DNA of 64,000 nt from an uncultured delta proteobacterium (GCA_963754925.1 CAVWHX010000004.1:1248001-1312000); one strand, 5' to 3'; shown: positions 29,532-40,234, numbered from the stretch's first letter. Program-made: numbers and translations. Notes: generated by a model not told the origin, from the sequence alone.

Positions 29532-30782
29532 TTAGTTGTCAGGGAAAAGTTTGATGGCGCCATATTTCCCATCGAACCCGGCCGAGCATACGACCCTGCC
29601 TTCGCGCATCCGACGCAGTGCTTCGCTGAGACGGTCAAACCCGCGCCGTAACACATCCTCCAGTGGGATCTCCCGTAAGATAAATAGTTCGGGACCACAT
29701 TCAGAAAGTAGTTGGTTGTAAAGCTGGAGGACACTCTTGCTGGTGGTGCCTTTCGAGAGGACTTCGCTGAGTATTTCAACCAAGGGAATCAAGCGGTCGA
29801 AGTCCCGCGCCTTTTGAGGGCGAACTCCCGTCGGGCGATCGGCGAGTTCTTCGATCCGGTGCATGACGCCGACGGTGATCGGTTTGCCGCAGACCGGGCA
29901 GAGCCCGCGCCGGTTACGGGCTTCTTGCGGCGTCAGTCTGACGTTGCAGGTGCGATGTCCGTCAAGATGGTATTTTCCCTCCTCGGGAAAAAACTCGATC
30001 GTGCCTAGAAACTTTTTGCGATCGGCCGACCGCAGCGCTTCCATCATGGCATGATAGGAGATCTCGCAACCGAATGCATTGGCCTCGCGAGCCAGCTTGC
30101 TCAGGGAATGCGCATCGGAATTGGACACCAAGGCGAAGCGATCCAGGCTCGATAGGCGCCAGTTCATGGGCGGGTCGGACGAGAGGCCGGTCTCAACCGC
30201 AACGATGTGCTTGGCAAGCGATCCATAACACTCTTGAATGGAATCAAAGCCTGATTTGGATCCTAAGCACGAAAACCAGGGCGTCCAAATATGCGCTGGA
30301 ATGAGGACCGTCGCCGGTCCCGCCTCAAGCGCTATCTCGAGCAGATCACGGCTGTCGAGTCGCAGGATCGGCCGGCCATCCGCGGCCAGATTACCCCTCT
30401 TTGCAAGCGCAGCGGCAAATCGATCGGCCGACGCAACGTCAGGAGCGCAGACGAGGTGATGCACCTTGTATACTCGTGCTGCACGCGTATAGACGGTGCT
30501 AATCTCGGCGGTAAGCATGAAGCGAACGTGGTTCCTGCACGTTTTGGGAACCCCGGTATCTGCCTGGCGAGCGAGATCGGTGCGGAGCCGGAAAAGACCA
30601 TTGCCGTCAGGGACCAGCTGTTCTTTGATCTCGCGACGCCATTGCGGATGGGTGAAATCGCCGGTTCCAAGCACCTGGACGCCCTTGACTTGGGCCGCCG
30701 CGTGCAAGCGCACCAGATCGAGGTCCTTACTGGTGGCCCGGGAAAAACGCGAATGGATGTGCAAGTCGGCGATAAACGGCAT
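29532..30782 (-). CDS. Endonuclease Q family protein (PHP domain + Zn finger, TIGR00375-like)
   Basis: ADLHIHSRFSRATS, GTGDFTHP, PAHIWTPW, ETGLSSD, SNSDAHS, GKYHLDGHRTC..CPVC, GFDGKYG. Confidence 0.88.
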   Translation of the reverse strand: MPFIADLHIHSRFSRATSKDLDLVRLHAAAQVKGVQVLGTGDFTHPQWRREIKEQLVPDGNGLFRLRTDLARQADTGVPKTCRNHVRFMLTAEISTVYTRAARVYKVHHLVCAPDVASADRFAAALAKRGNLAADGRPILRLDSRDLLEIALEAGPATVLIPAHIWTPWFSCLGSKSGFDSIQECYGSLAKHIVAVETGLSSDPPMNWRLSSLDRFALVSNSDAHSLSKLAREANAFGCEISYHAMMEALRSADRKKFLGTIEFFPEEGKYHLDGHRTCNVRLTPQEARNRRGLCPVCGKPITVGVMHRIEELADRPTGVRPQKARDFDRLIPLVEILSEVLSKGTTSKSVLQLYNQLLSECGPELFILREIPLEDVLRRGFDRLSEALRRMREGRVVCSAGFDGKYGAIKLFPDN

Positions 30783-30924
30783 GGAGTTAAACCGATCGAT
30801 TACCTCCGACAGTAACGGGGTGCTTCCGATAAGTCAACGTACCAGAGACGGTTGCCGAACACCCGTAAGCCTCTTGCAAGCTGACACACTACTGAGACAT
30901 TGAATCAGCACCCGGTGCGCTAGC

Positions 30925-30953
30925 TTGACAGCTCGCGCGGCGGTGCGTAGGGT
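30925..30953 (+). promoter_or_regulatory. Putative sigma70-type promoter giving a near-leaderless transcript
   Basis: TTGACA-17 nt-TAGGGT, ending 9 nt before ATG 30963; no SD sequence. Confidence 0.45.
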
Positions 30954-30962
30954 ACCGTTGAG

Positions 30963-33900
30963 ATGGCCTCTTCGGCGGAAATCATTAATGAATTCATCGG
31001 GCGTGCGCGGCGCCGACTGATGTGCATGGAGCTTAGCGCCGGTATGTTGATCGGTATGTGCTTCTGCCTCGGCCTCGTGGTTGGGGTAACGGTCTCAACC
31101 TGGGTGTTTGGACCCCTGTCGATCGTTCGCGCGCTCGCTTGGTTTCTCTTACCGTTTGGGTTGTTGGTCGTGGTCTTTTGGTATTGGGTATTGCCACGCC
31201 TGCGCTGGCGTTATCCCATTACCGTGGCGCGCCGGATCGAACATGACCTCCTCGAAGACCGCCTCGAGTTGGTAAGCGCCATTCAGTTGCAACAAACCGA
31301 CGATCCGTTGTGGTCGAGAATGTACAGTCAAGAGTTGGTCGCGGCTCACCTCGATCGAGTGGCGCAGTTGCTCAAGGAGCAGGATCCGCGCCGCGTTGCG
31401 ACGCGCGCGCGGTTGCGCGCACCGCTGTACGGCCTTACGGCAATAGTGACGATGGCGTTGATGCTGGGTTTGTTCCGGCCAGACACGTATGGGCAGGCCT
31501 ATCGGTTGCTGGTTGCAGCTCCCGCTGTGGCAGCGAGGGTGGAAGACAAGGCAGCTCTGCTGCCGACGTGGTTGGGGGACATTCAGTTGAACTATCGCTA
31601 CCCGGCGTATTCCGGCCGTGAGAACCGGACGGTTAACGGGTCGGATGGCTCGATCGTGGCTCTTCCGGGCACGGAGGTCACCATACGCGCACGCGCCGAT
31701 CGGCCGATCGCGCGCGGTTATTTGAATAGCAACGGAGAGACGTCGGCGCTGTCGATTGAAAACGAACGTCAGTTGACCGGCCGTCTGGTTGTTCAAAAGG
31801 AGGGTGACTACCGCTTCATTCTCACGGATCAGGATAACGTGGTTTTGGAAGAGTCGCGCGGCCACTCGATTCATCTTGAAAACGATCGGCCGCCCGAGGT
31901 AATCCTCCACCGCCCCGCCCAGGACCAGGTAGTGCATGAACGCGATTCTATTCTGTTGACCATCGAGGCGCGCGACGATTTTGGCCTGCAGGAATTGCGG
32001 ATTGTGTACCGCGTGCTGGGTCGAGAAACCGCGGCAGACGCGGATGAGCAGCGCCGGGTGCTGCGGCGCTTCGATCCGAGCGTTCGGCGGATTACCGGCG
32101 AAAGCTTCCACTTCGATTTGAGACCCCTGGGGCTCGCCCCCGGTGAGCAGGTGCAGTTCTATATCGAGGCCAGCGATAACGACAACGTCTTGGGTCCCAA
32201 CGTTGGACGATCGGCCACCCGTACCCTGAAGGTATTCTCGGCCGATCAGCAGCATCGTGAACTATTGACCCACCTGATCAAGCTTTGGGAACAGCTGGTC
32301 ACCATGCTGGCCGATGAACTGGACGCTCTGCCTGATTCTCGGACGCCGGCTGAGGAACAAACGGCGGATACGGCCGCGGATGCGCGCAGTGCAGACAATC
32401 TGAGCGCCTGGTTGACTCAGGCGGGTTCACTGGAGACTGCGCTGCATGCCGATCCGCTTGCCTTCAAGCCGCTTACCGCCGCGCTGACGAACATGCAGTA
32501 TGACCTGCGCACCGCACATCGGCACCTTGAAAAGGCGCTGCATAGCGACCAGCGCGCGGATGGTCCGCCGAGTCCGTCCGAACGACGGTTGCTAGCGAGT
32601 CTGCGGCGCGAGCGTATCGAACGAATCGAGCGCGATGTATTGTATCTCGAGGATCTTCTTGATCAGGTGCGCCTCGATGACCTCCAGCGCATCGCCTACG
32701 ATCTGATGGCGGCCGAAGAACGACTGCACACGATCCTTTCAGATTATTCTCGAGCGCCAAGCGATGCGGCGCGCCGAACGATCGAAGCTGAAATCGCCCG
32801 TCTCAAATCTCGCATGACCCAGCTCTTGGCCCGCCAAGCCGAAGTCGTGAAAGGAGTGCGGGACGAGTACCTCAATCCCGAAGCCTTGTCGAAACAATTC
32901 CAGGAAAAAGATGTTTTGGCGACGCTCGAGCGTATGCAGCATCTGCTCAACGATGGCAACCTGTCCGAGGCTCTGCTTGAGGTGGAGCGCTTACGGCAAC
33001 AGGTGCAAAACCTGCGTCAGGCCCTTGATCAGTCGCGCGCCACGTATGGATATGGTAAATATGCCGAACTAACCCGCGATGTTACCCGGTTCCAGGCCGA
33101 GCTGGATCATGTTCTCGGCGGGCAGCGGCGTCTGAGCGAGCGGACGCGAGTTTTAAAACAACAGATCCTGCAGCAGGTGCAGCACCGGGGAGCAACGCCG
33201 ATCAAACAGACATTCGAGCAGTTGCGGGAGCGGCTCCGGAAGGTGCTTACGCAGCTCGAGGGTATTCCACCCGAGCCGCTCGAGCAGTTTTGGGGTGCGG
33301 ATCGAGTGTCTGCGATAGACCATGCTCACAACTTGGATAAACTCCTCCAGGCGCTCGATCTAGCAGGCGCGCTGGATGAGGCCGAGGGCCTCGTGATGAC
33401 CAGCAGAAGCTTTGCGCTTGCGTTGTCGTCCCTCGCTGATCACGAGAATCGTCGGGATCCTGCGCAGCGCGTTGCACGCGATGCTCATCGAGAACAGGCC
33501 CAGGCCGCCGCCCGAGACGCGAGTGCGATCTACGATCGGCTGCGCAAGCTCCTGCCCGATCCGGGACAGTTGCTTGATGGCGCAGCGCGCGGCGCGGTTA
33601 AAAAATTGGCCGAGGAGCAAGCCGAACTGCGCGAGCGGATGCAGTCGTTACAGGGGCAGATGAAGCGAACCAACCAGCAGGCGCCGCTCTTTGGAGTGGA
33701 GGTGATGGAAGGGGTTGAGCGCTGCGGCACGGCGATGGATCAAGCGGTTGCTAAGCTTTCTCGGTCCGACCCAGCCGGTGCTTACCCCGCCCAGCGTTCC
33801 GCCATCGCCGAACTTGAGCGCCTCCAAAAGAGCGTGCAGAGCGGCCAGGGCGCCGCATCGGGGGGAATGCCCTTGCCGCTTGGCTCGTTAGCGAGCGGCG

Positions 33901-34078
33901 ACGATGCGGGAGGGAGCAGCGGAGACGAGTTAGCCAGGAACCGGTCGAGATCCCCGGACCCGAGGACTTCCACCCGCCCGAGGCGTATCGCAAGGAGCTA
34001 TTGGAAGGGATGAAGGATCCCGTACCGCAGGATTTCCGCGAGCAGGTGCGCCGCTATTATGAGGAGCTCGTTAAATGA
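30963..34078 (+). CDS. DUF4175-like large membrane-anchored coiled-coil protein; single-base frameshift near 33921
   Basis: N-terminal TMs, YRYPAYSG, ARDDFGL, ASDNDNVLGP, long coiled coils; the C-terminus VEIPGPEDF..VRRYYEELVK* lies in the -1 frame and ends in an ATGA overlap with the next gene. Confidence 0.75.
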
Positions 34079-35835
34079 TGTGGGTTGGCATGAGCGCAAT
34101 CATGAAAACGAACGTACAGCATCCGGATCCTCACGGTGGCCCGCGCCGTGCGCGGGGCGGTGTTCCCGTTTCGAGATGGTGGATACGGATGGTTTGTGCG
34201 TGGACTGGCGTGTTGGTGCTGGGAAGCGCCGAACCGATCGCGCCGCCCGTCGAGACGCAGGTCGAACGTATTCAAACGTTGCTCGAACAATGGCAGTTCG
34301 TTCCGGCGCAGCGCCTCGCCGAGGAACTGCTCAACGCCTATCCCGATATACCGGCGGTTCAGGTGACTGCCGGCTGGGTATTGTTCCACCGCGGCGATCA
34401 GCAAGCGGCCGTCGCGTTGATTGATCGGGCGGCCGCGGCCCTGGGCGAGCAGCTCATGATGAATCCGCGCATTCAACTCGTGCGCGCGACCGCCCAGGCG
34501 ACGCGGGGGTTTGTGCGCACCGTGAGCCCTGGCGGCCAGGTGGAAGTTTGGCGCGCTCCGGGAGTGGATGAGATTCTGGTGCCGGATCTGATCGATGCCG
34601 TCTCGCGCACGGTAGCGGCGGTCGGGGAGGATTTGGGCTATCGAATAGAGCACCCGATCGTGGTGCAGATCGTGCCCAGCAGTGAGGTCTTGGCGGTTCT
34701 CACGGGCCTGACCCAGAAGGAAATTCAGACCAGCGGCACCATCGCGGTCTGTAAGTATGGCCGATTGATGGTTACCTCTCCACGCGCCACCTTGGTGGGG
34801 TATAGCTGGCTGGACACGGTCAGCCACGAGCTCGTGCATATGATCATCTCAGAAAAGACGTACAACCGCACCCCGATCTGGCTGCACGAGGCGCTTGCCA
34901 AGTTTGAGGAGAGCCGTTTTCGGCATGCTGAGCCGCTCTACCGCGAGGGGCTGCCGCCCTATGAGGAGAGCCTGCTGGCCACGGCGGTACGCAGCAATGC
35001 GCTCATTACCTTCGAACAAATGCATCCCTCAATGGCGCTCCTGCCGAGCCAGGAAGCTGTCGCCCTGGCTTTTGCCGAGGTTTTCATGGCGGCCAAATTT
35101 ATCTATGAGCGTGGCGGGTATGCGAAGATGCGCACCTTGTTGTCGGCGCTTGGCAGCGGACTCTCTGACTATCAAGCGCTCGAGCAGGTCTATGGTTTGA
35201 CTCAAAAAGAATTCATGGCCCGCTATCGAGAATGGTTGCGACACCAACCACTTAGACAATTGCGTGCCGATGCGCTCCTCGACCGACGTGAGCCGAGTAA
35301 GGCTGGCGACGCCGTTCACCTTGAACGCTTGCTCACCCGCGCGAATCAGCTTGACCTGCGCGACTTTTTCCATCTCGGGCAATTGCTGCGAGCACAGAAG
35401 CGCTCGCACGCCGGAGCAATAGAATTTCAAAAGGCGGTAGAAAAAGCTGGGCCAAACCACGCCGCTCGGTCGGTGCTTCAGGATAAGCTTGGCCAGGCGC
35501 TACTGGCAAGCGGGCAGATTGACCGGGCGCGGCCTGCTTTTGAGGATAGTCTGCGCAATAATCCTCAGGATCTTGAGGCCCATAGGGGCATGGGCGAAGT
35601 GTTGAAAAAAGATGATCCCTATAAAGCTTTTCTCCATTTAAGAGAGGCGCTTCGTATCAACCCGCTCGATCCCCGTATCCATGCACAACTTGTCGATATC
35701 GCGCAGGTATTGGCTGCGGCGGGCGATGATCATGAGCATTGGCCTGCGCTGGCAGAGCGACACCGCCAGGCTCTTCGGCTGTTAAGCAGTGCGCAACCGG
35801 CGCCCGGCGAACCAGCAACGGTACCGAAAAAATGA
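34075..35835 (+). CDS. Exported TPR protein with peptidase MA-like (gluzincin) domain; start may be downstream
   Basis: HELVH...PIWLHEALA zinc motif, flanked by TPR-like helices. Confidence 0.8.
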   Translation: MMWVGMSAIMKTNVQHPDPHGGPRRARGGVPVSRWWIRMVCAWTGVLVLGSAEPIAPPVETQVERIQTLLEQWQFVPAQRLAEELLNAYPDIPAVQVTAGWVLFHRGDQQAAVALIDRAAAALGEQLMMNPRIQLVRATAQATRGFVRTVSPGGQVEVWRAPGVDEILVPDLIDAVSRTVAAVGEDLGYRIEHPIVVQIVPSSEVLAVLTGLTQKEIQTSGTIAVCKYGRLMVTSPRATLVGYSWLDTVSHELVHMIISEKTYNRTPIWLHEALAKFEESRFRHAEPLYREGLPPYEESLLATAVRSNALITFEQMHPSMALLPSQEAVALAFAEVFMAAKFIYERGGYAKMRTLLSALGSGLSDYQALEQVYGLTQKEFMARYREWLRHQPLRQLRADALLDRREPSKAGDAVHLERLLTRANQLDLRDFFHLGQLLRAQKRSHAGAIEFQKAVEKAGPNHAARSVLQDKLGQALLASGQIDRARPAFEDSLRNNPQDLEAHRGMGEVLKKDDPYKAFLHLREALRINPLDPRIHAQLVDIAQVLAAAGDDHEHWPALAERHRQALRLLSSAQPAPGEPATVPKK

Positions 35836-35932
35836 CGTTTCCTGTCGTTACGGTTTGCTTGTCTGAGGTTGCTTTGGTAAGACCTGATGTTATCAGAACG
35901 TCGAGCGATAGGCGACGGACAGGAGGAACACG

Positions 35933-36964
35933 TTGACCGAAGCATTTTCAAAAGTTTCTGAAAGCACAAACACTCAACCGGCCAGCGATAGGCAGGCAGC
36001 GGCCGAGTTAGCCGCAGCCCATACCCTCATCCGTCAGGAGGTCGGCAAGCGCATTGTCGGTCAGCATGAGGTCATTGAGCTTATGTTGACCTCGCTTTTC
36101 TGTGCTGGCCACTGTCTCCTGGTGGGAGTGCCCGGACTGGCCAAGACGTTGCTCATTTCGACGCTCTCGCGGGTGTTGGATCTTTCTTTCAAGCGCGTTC
36201 AATTCACTCCGGATCTCATGCCGGCTGACATTACCGGCACCGAAGTGTTGGTGGAAAACCGTTCGACCGGCGAACGCGGTTTTCGCTTCATAGCGGGTCC
36301 AATTTTTACCAACCTGCTTCTGGCCGATGAGATCAACCGCACGCCGCCGAAGACCCAAGCGGCGCTTTTGCAATCGATGCAGGAACGTGAGGTGACCGTC
36401 GGGGGCCAGACCTACCGGCTTCCCGATCCGTATCTCGTTTTTGCCACTCAGAACCCGATCGATCAGGAAGGAACCTACCCATTGCCCGAGGCCGAACTCG
36501 ATCGGTTTATGTTTTACATTGGGGTCGATTACCCAACAGCGGACGAGGAAGAGGATATTGTTGAGAACACCACCGGGATGAGCGAGCCCGAGCTCACCAA
36601 GGTTCTCGGGCCCGCCGAGCTGCTTAATTACCAACGCCTGGTGCGTCGTGTGCCGGCCGCGCCTGAGGTTATCCGATACGCTGTTCGACTCGCCCGCGCT
36701 ACACGCCCCAATGAACCCGGCGCGTCTGATTTTATTAAACAGTACGTTGCGTGGGGGGCGGGCCCGCGCGCCAGCCAGTTTCTAATTCTTGGCGCCAAGG
36801 CCCGAGCGTTACTCAATAATCGCTTTTCGGCCAATGCCGAGGATGTGCGGGCACTGGCGGAACCGGTGCTGCGGCACCGTATCATCGCCAGCTTCCATGC
36901 AGAGGTCGGAGCGGTGCGCTCTCGCGATATCGTTGGGCACTTGCTCGATCGGGTTAAACCATAA
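35933..36964 (+). CDS. MoxR-family AAA+ ATPase (second paralogue)
   Basis: GVPGLAKT (Walker A), QFTPDLMPADITG, LADEINR, ATQNP, GAGPRA; AGGAGG RBS. Confidence 0.93.
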   Translation: MTEAFSKVSESTNTQPASDRQAAAELAAAHTLIRQEVGKRIVGQHEVIELMLTSLFCAGHCLLVGVPGLAKTLLISTLSRVLDLSFKRVQFTPDLMPADITGTEVLVENRSTGERGFRFIAGPIFTNLLLADEINRTPPKTQAALLQSMQEREVTVGGQTYRLPDPYLVFATQNPIDQEGTYPLPEAELDRFMFYIGVDYPTADEEEDIVENTTGMSEPELTKVLGPAELLNYQRLVRRVPAAPEVIRYAVRLARATRPNEPGASDFIKQYVAWGAGPRASQFLILGAKARALLNNRFSANAEDVRALAEPVLRHRIIASFHAEVGAVRSRDIVGHLLDRVKP

Positions 36965-37030
36965 CCCGGAAAACCTCTATCCGAGCAAGCACACGCGTTA
37001 TGGTGGTGGCGGCCGGGATGGTGGATTGCC

Positions 37031-37333
37031 CTAAGGTTGGCTCCCCTTGGCGGACTGAACATAGTGCATGCGAAGATCAAAAAGGATGTTGGTCAGTAAC
37101 TTCGACTCGTCGGGCGTGAGATTGCCTTTCGTTTTGTGTTCGAGCAGTTCGAGCAAGTCGATGGTCTGGCGGGCAAGGCACAAATCGATCGGAGGAGCAC
37201 CCGTGCTCGGCGCACCCGCTTCATTCGCTTGGACGCCGAGTTGCTGTAACCCGGCCGTAAAGAGTGACAGGGTAAACGTAGCGAAGCTTATCGTCTCGCT
37301 ACCGCAGTCCTTTGGTTGCTCGGGCGTGCTCAC
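37031..37333 (-). CDS. DUF1844 family protein
   Basis: F.TFTLSL..LG..ARQTIDLLELL..KTKGNLTPDE..L..LRMHYV. Confidence 0.85.
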   Translation of the reverse strand: MSTPEQPKDCGSETISFATFTLSLFTAGLQQLGVQANEAGAPSTGAPPIDLCLARQTIDLLELLEHKTKGNLTPDESKLLTNILFDLRMHYVQSAKGSQP

Positions 37334-37536
37334 AAGTCTTCTTCCTCCTCGCCGATACCGCGCAACGGTATTTCATGTCCGACCGATATCATTTCAGACT
37401 CAATCGTGGCGCATTCATCCGTAAGATCTTTGAGCGAGTCTAAATGTTTTTGATATTCCTGTTTGGTGATGATCCCGACCCGCAGGTTTCGATCCAATAT
37501 CCGTTTATCGAATTTCATCTCACCTTTTACCGGCAT
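37330..37536 (-). CDS. Small hypothetical protein (68 aa)
   Basis: GAGGAGG RBS; FDKRILDRNLRVGIITKQEYQKHL..LKD; 4-nt overlap with the DUF1844 gene. Confidence 0.7.
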   Translation of the reverse strand: MPVKGEMKFDKRILDRNLRVGIITKQEYQKHLDSLKDLTDECATIESEMISVGHEIPLRGIGEEEEDL

Positions 37537-37747
37537 TATTTATGTTCCTCCTCTTTTTCTGTCCATAGGTTGTCTTTAGCTAATTTGCTGTTGATTGTCA
37601 AACCGGTCTCTGTCTGCCGTCTGATCTTAACGATGATAGACAGCAACAAAGGGGATGACAAGGGAAATGGAAACGATTGACACCTTAACGATTCTTGGTT
37701 ATCGTAACGTATAGTATTTCCCAAAATTCTCGGACAGGAGGCGAATC

Positions 37748-39583
37748 ATGAGTTTAAGAAACTTGTCGATTTCGTTACTGTTATTGATACTGGCAACAAC
37801 GCCGGCATTTTCAGCCAACCCAGTGCCTACTGATACCGTACCAACCGGCCTCGATATCGAGCGATTTAAACCAGCCCTGGACACCCAGGGGGTGATCCTC
37901 ACCGAGGGCGGTCAGTCTGAGAAGGCCGGAGAGTTCGACCTCGGGCTGTACCTCCACTATTCACACAATCCGTTGGTTACTAAAAGTAGCGACCAATATT
38001 ACAAATCGTTGGTAAATGATCGTTATGCGGGAGAATTGTCGTTTGCCATGGGCATAACCAACTGGCTTGCCATCGGGTTGGCGATACCCGCGACCTTTTA
38101 TCAATCCGGCACTCTTTTGTCGACAGGCTCTCACCAGGATTTTGCACTTTCCTCTGCAGCGCTCGGTGATATCCGGATTGTACCGAAGGTTACCATGCTG
38201 CACGAGAAGGAGTTTGGTATTTCGCTCGCTCTCGTGGTGCCGGTTACGGTTCCTTCCGGGGATGAGCGATCCTTTATGGGTAGTAAGACGGTGACCGGGG
38301 CGCCGACCCTGGCCATCTCGCGACACTTCTTTTCGGATCGGTTGCTGATTGCCGGCAATATTGGCGTCTGGCTGCGGGAAGATGTCAAGTATGGAAATCT
38401 CGATGCCACCCACGAGCTGTTGTATCGACTGGGGTTAGCGGTACGCCTCGTTGATCAATTGAGCGTGTTGGGAGAGATATCCGGGGCATCGAAACTGACC
38501 CAGGTATTCACCAACAAGCCTCAGGAGGTTTACCTCGAGAGCCTCTTTGGGCTTCGCTATAACACGCCCATCGATTTGTGGTTGTTGCTTGGTGGTGCGG
38601 CTGGAATGCAATCTGGCTGGGGCACCCCCAACTGGCGCGGTTTTCTGGGGATAGGGTGGGCGCCGCGTTCACACGATCGGGATGGCGATGGGGTTGAAGA
38701 TTCGGTCGACCGGTGTCCAGACGAAAAGGGCCCGCCCGAGAACCAAGGGTGCCCGTGGCCTGATTCAGACAAAGACGGTATACCCGATAATGTAGACAAG
38801 TGTCCCAACGAGGCAGGGCCGGCCGAAAACGGCGGTTGCCCCTGGCCCGACACTGACGGGGATGGGGTGCCCGACAATGTGGACAAGTGCCCCAATGTGC
38901 CAGGGCCGGCCGAAAACGGTGGTTGCCCCTGGCCCGACACCGACGGGGATGGAGTAACCGATAATGTGGACAAGTGCCCCAACGAACCGGGCCCTAAGGA
39001 AAACGACGGATGCCCCTGGCCCGATGCCGACAAAGATGGTGTGCCTGATATGGTGGACAAGTGCCCCAATGTGCCAGGGCCGGCCGAAAACGACGGTTGC
39101 CCCTGGCCCGACGCTGACGGGGATGGTGTACCTGATTATATGGACAATTGCCCCAACGAGCCCGGTCCCCCGGAGAATCAAGGCTGCCCAATTCAGCGTA
39201 AAGCGCTGGTGATAATCAGGGCCGAGAAGATCGAGATCCTGCAAAAGGTGCACTTCCAAACCGGAAAGGCAATGATTTTAAAAGACTCTTATGCGTTGCT
39301 CGATCAGGTGGCCCAGGTGCTTGCGACCCATGAGAATATAAAACAGGTGCGCATCGAGGGTCACACCGACGCCGTCGGTTCTGACGTATTAAATCTCAAG
39401 CTCAGCCAGGCTCGCGCAGATGCCGTGCGCACGTATCTCATCAAGAAAGGCCTCGCCCCCGAACGGATTGTTTCGGTGGGTTATGGCAAGGCTAAGCCTA
39501 TTGCCAGCAATGCCACAGAAAAGGGTCGCGAAGAAAATCGCCGGGTCGAGTTCATGATTGCAGAGCCGGGAACAGGAACCTAA
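37748..39583 (+). CDS. Outer-membrane beta-barrel + thrombospondin type-3-like repeats + OmpA C-terminal domain protein (TraB-like architecture)
   Basis: AGGAGG RBS, signal peptide, barrel-like region (LGDIRIVPK, GTPNWRGFLGIGW), 6 repeats, IEGHTD..NRRVEF. Confidence 0.88.
   Translation: MSLRNLSISLLLLILATTPAFSANPVPTDTVPTGLDIERFKPALDTQGVILTEGGQSEKAGEFDLGLYLHYSHNPLVTKSSDQYYKSLVNDRYAGELSFAMGITNWLAIGLAIPATFYQSGTLLSTGSHQDFALSSAALGDIRIVPKVTMLHEKEFGISLALVVPVTVPSGDERSFMGSKTVTGAPTLAISRHFFSDRLLIAGNIGVWLREDVKYGNLDATHELLYRLGLAVRLVDQLSVLGEISGASKLTQVFTNKPQEVYLESLFGLRYNTPIDLWLLLGGAAGMQSGWGTPNWRGFLGIGWAPRSHDRDGDGVEDSVDRCPDEKGPPENQGCPWPDSDKDGIPDNVDKCPNEAGPAENGGCPWPDTDGDGVPDNVDKCPNVPGPAENGGCPWPDTDGDGVTDNVDKCPNEPGPKENDGCPWPDADKDGVPDMVDKCPNVPGPAENDGCPWPDADGDGVPDYMDNCPNEPGPPENQGCPIQRKALVIIRAEKIEILQKVHFQTGKAMILKDSYALLDQVAQVLATHENIKQVRIEGHTDAVGSDVLNLKLSQARADAVRTYLIKKGLAPERIVSVGYGKAKPIASNATEKGREENRRVEFMIAEPGTGT
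38675..39190 (+). repeat. Six tandem 87-bp coding repeats (29 aa, DxDxDGVxDxxDxCPNxxGPxENxGCPWP)
   Basis: Units start at 38675, 38762, 38849, 38936, 39023 and 39110; units 3 and 5 share an identical 40-nt stretch. Confidence 0.92.
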
Positions 39584-39598
39584 GAGTATGGCCGCGCG

Positions 39599-39626
39599 GT
39601 AGGGGCGTATTCTCATACGCCCCTAC
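39599..39626. repeat. GTAG-type REP palindrome (possible bidirectional terminator role)
   Basis: GTAGGGGCGTAT-TCTC-ATACGCCCCTAC, a perfect 12-bp inverted repeat between convergent genes. Confidence 0.8.
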
Positions 39627-39682
39627 GACGTTCATCGTGTGTCCGACATCGCGCTGACCGCCGAGGCCAGTCCCTTTGGTTT

Positions 39683-40234
39683 TTATCGATGATCAGAAGG
39701 ATCGAGATAGGGGGCGAGGGTTTCTTTATCAATCAGGGTTGAAACGGCCCGGCCGAGGAGCTCGACCGCTACGATGATGCGCCTGCCGTGGGGGGTGCTT
39801 TTGATCGTTCCAATAACCCCGCGCAGCGGGCCGTCCATTACCTGTATCAACTGGCCCGGTTCAAATGAATTGTGGGGGGCGGTTTCGCTGCCGAAAGCAA
39901 GCAGGGCGCGTATTGACTCGATCTCTCGATCGGGCACCGCAACCGGTTGATGTCGAATCCCGACCATGCAGACAACCGAGGCGGTCTGAAGGATTTGCAG
40001 CCGCAACTCAGGACATAACCGAACATGCACAAAAAGGTAGCCGGGAAAGAGCACTCGTAGAATCTCGCGGTGGCGATCTCTGCGCCGCGATACGGCTCGG
40101 TATTCCGGCAAAAACACCGTAAAACCTTGATGGGTGAGCTCGCGGTTGACCTTGCGCTCATGGCGCGATCGGGTATGAATCGCATACCATGCGTAAGCAG
40201 AGGTGTTCAATTCGCTTGGGGAGACCACGCTCAT
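39683..40234 (-). CDS. NusG-paralogue transcription antiterminator (UpxY/RfaH-like)
   Basis: WYAIHTRSRHERKV, VFLP, LFPGYLFV, KOW-like PGQLIQVMDGPLRG. Confidence 0.88.
   Translation of the reverse strand: MSVVSPSELNTSAYAWYAIHTRSRHERKVNRELTHQGFTVFLPEYRAVSRRRDRHREILRVLFPGYLFVHVRLCPELRLQILQTASVVCMVGIRHQPVAVPDREIESIRALLAFGSETAPHNSFEPGQLIQVMDGPLRGVIGTIKSTPHGRRIIVAVELLGRAVSTLIDKETLAPYLDPSDHR

Noticed and set aside
31149..32255. 368-aa antisense ORF (and similar ones, e.g. 34057-34839, 10043-10762, 62682-63431)
   Set aside because: Fully overlap well-supported genes on the other strand; expected in GC-rich coding DNA; no motifs
38675..39190. Regular repeats as a possible CRISPR array
   Set aside because: In-frame 87-bp coding repeats with synonymous variation, no unique spacers and no cas genes
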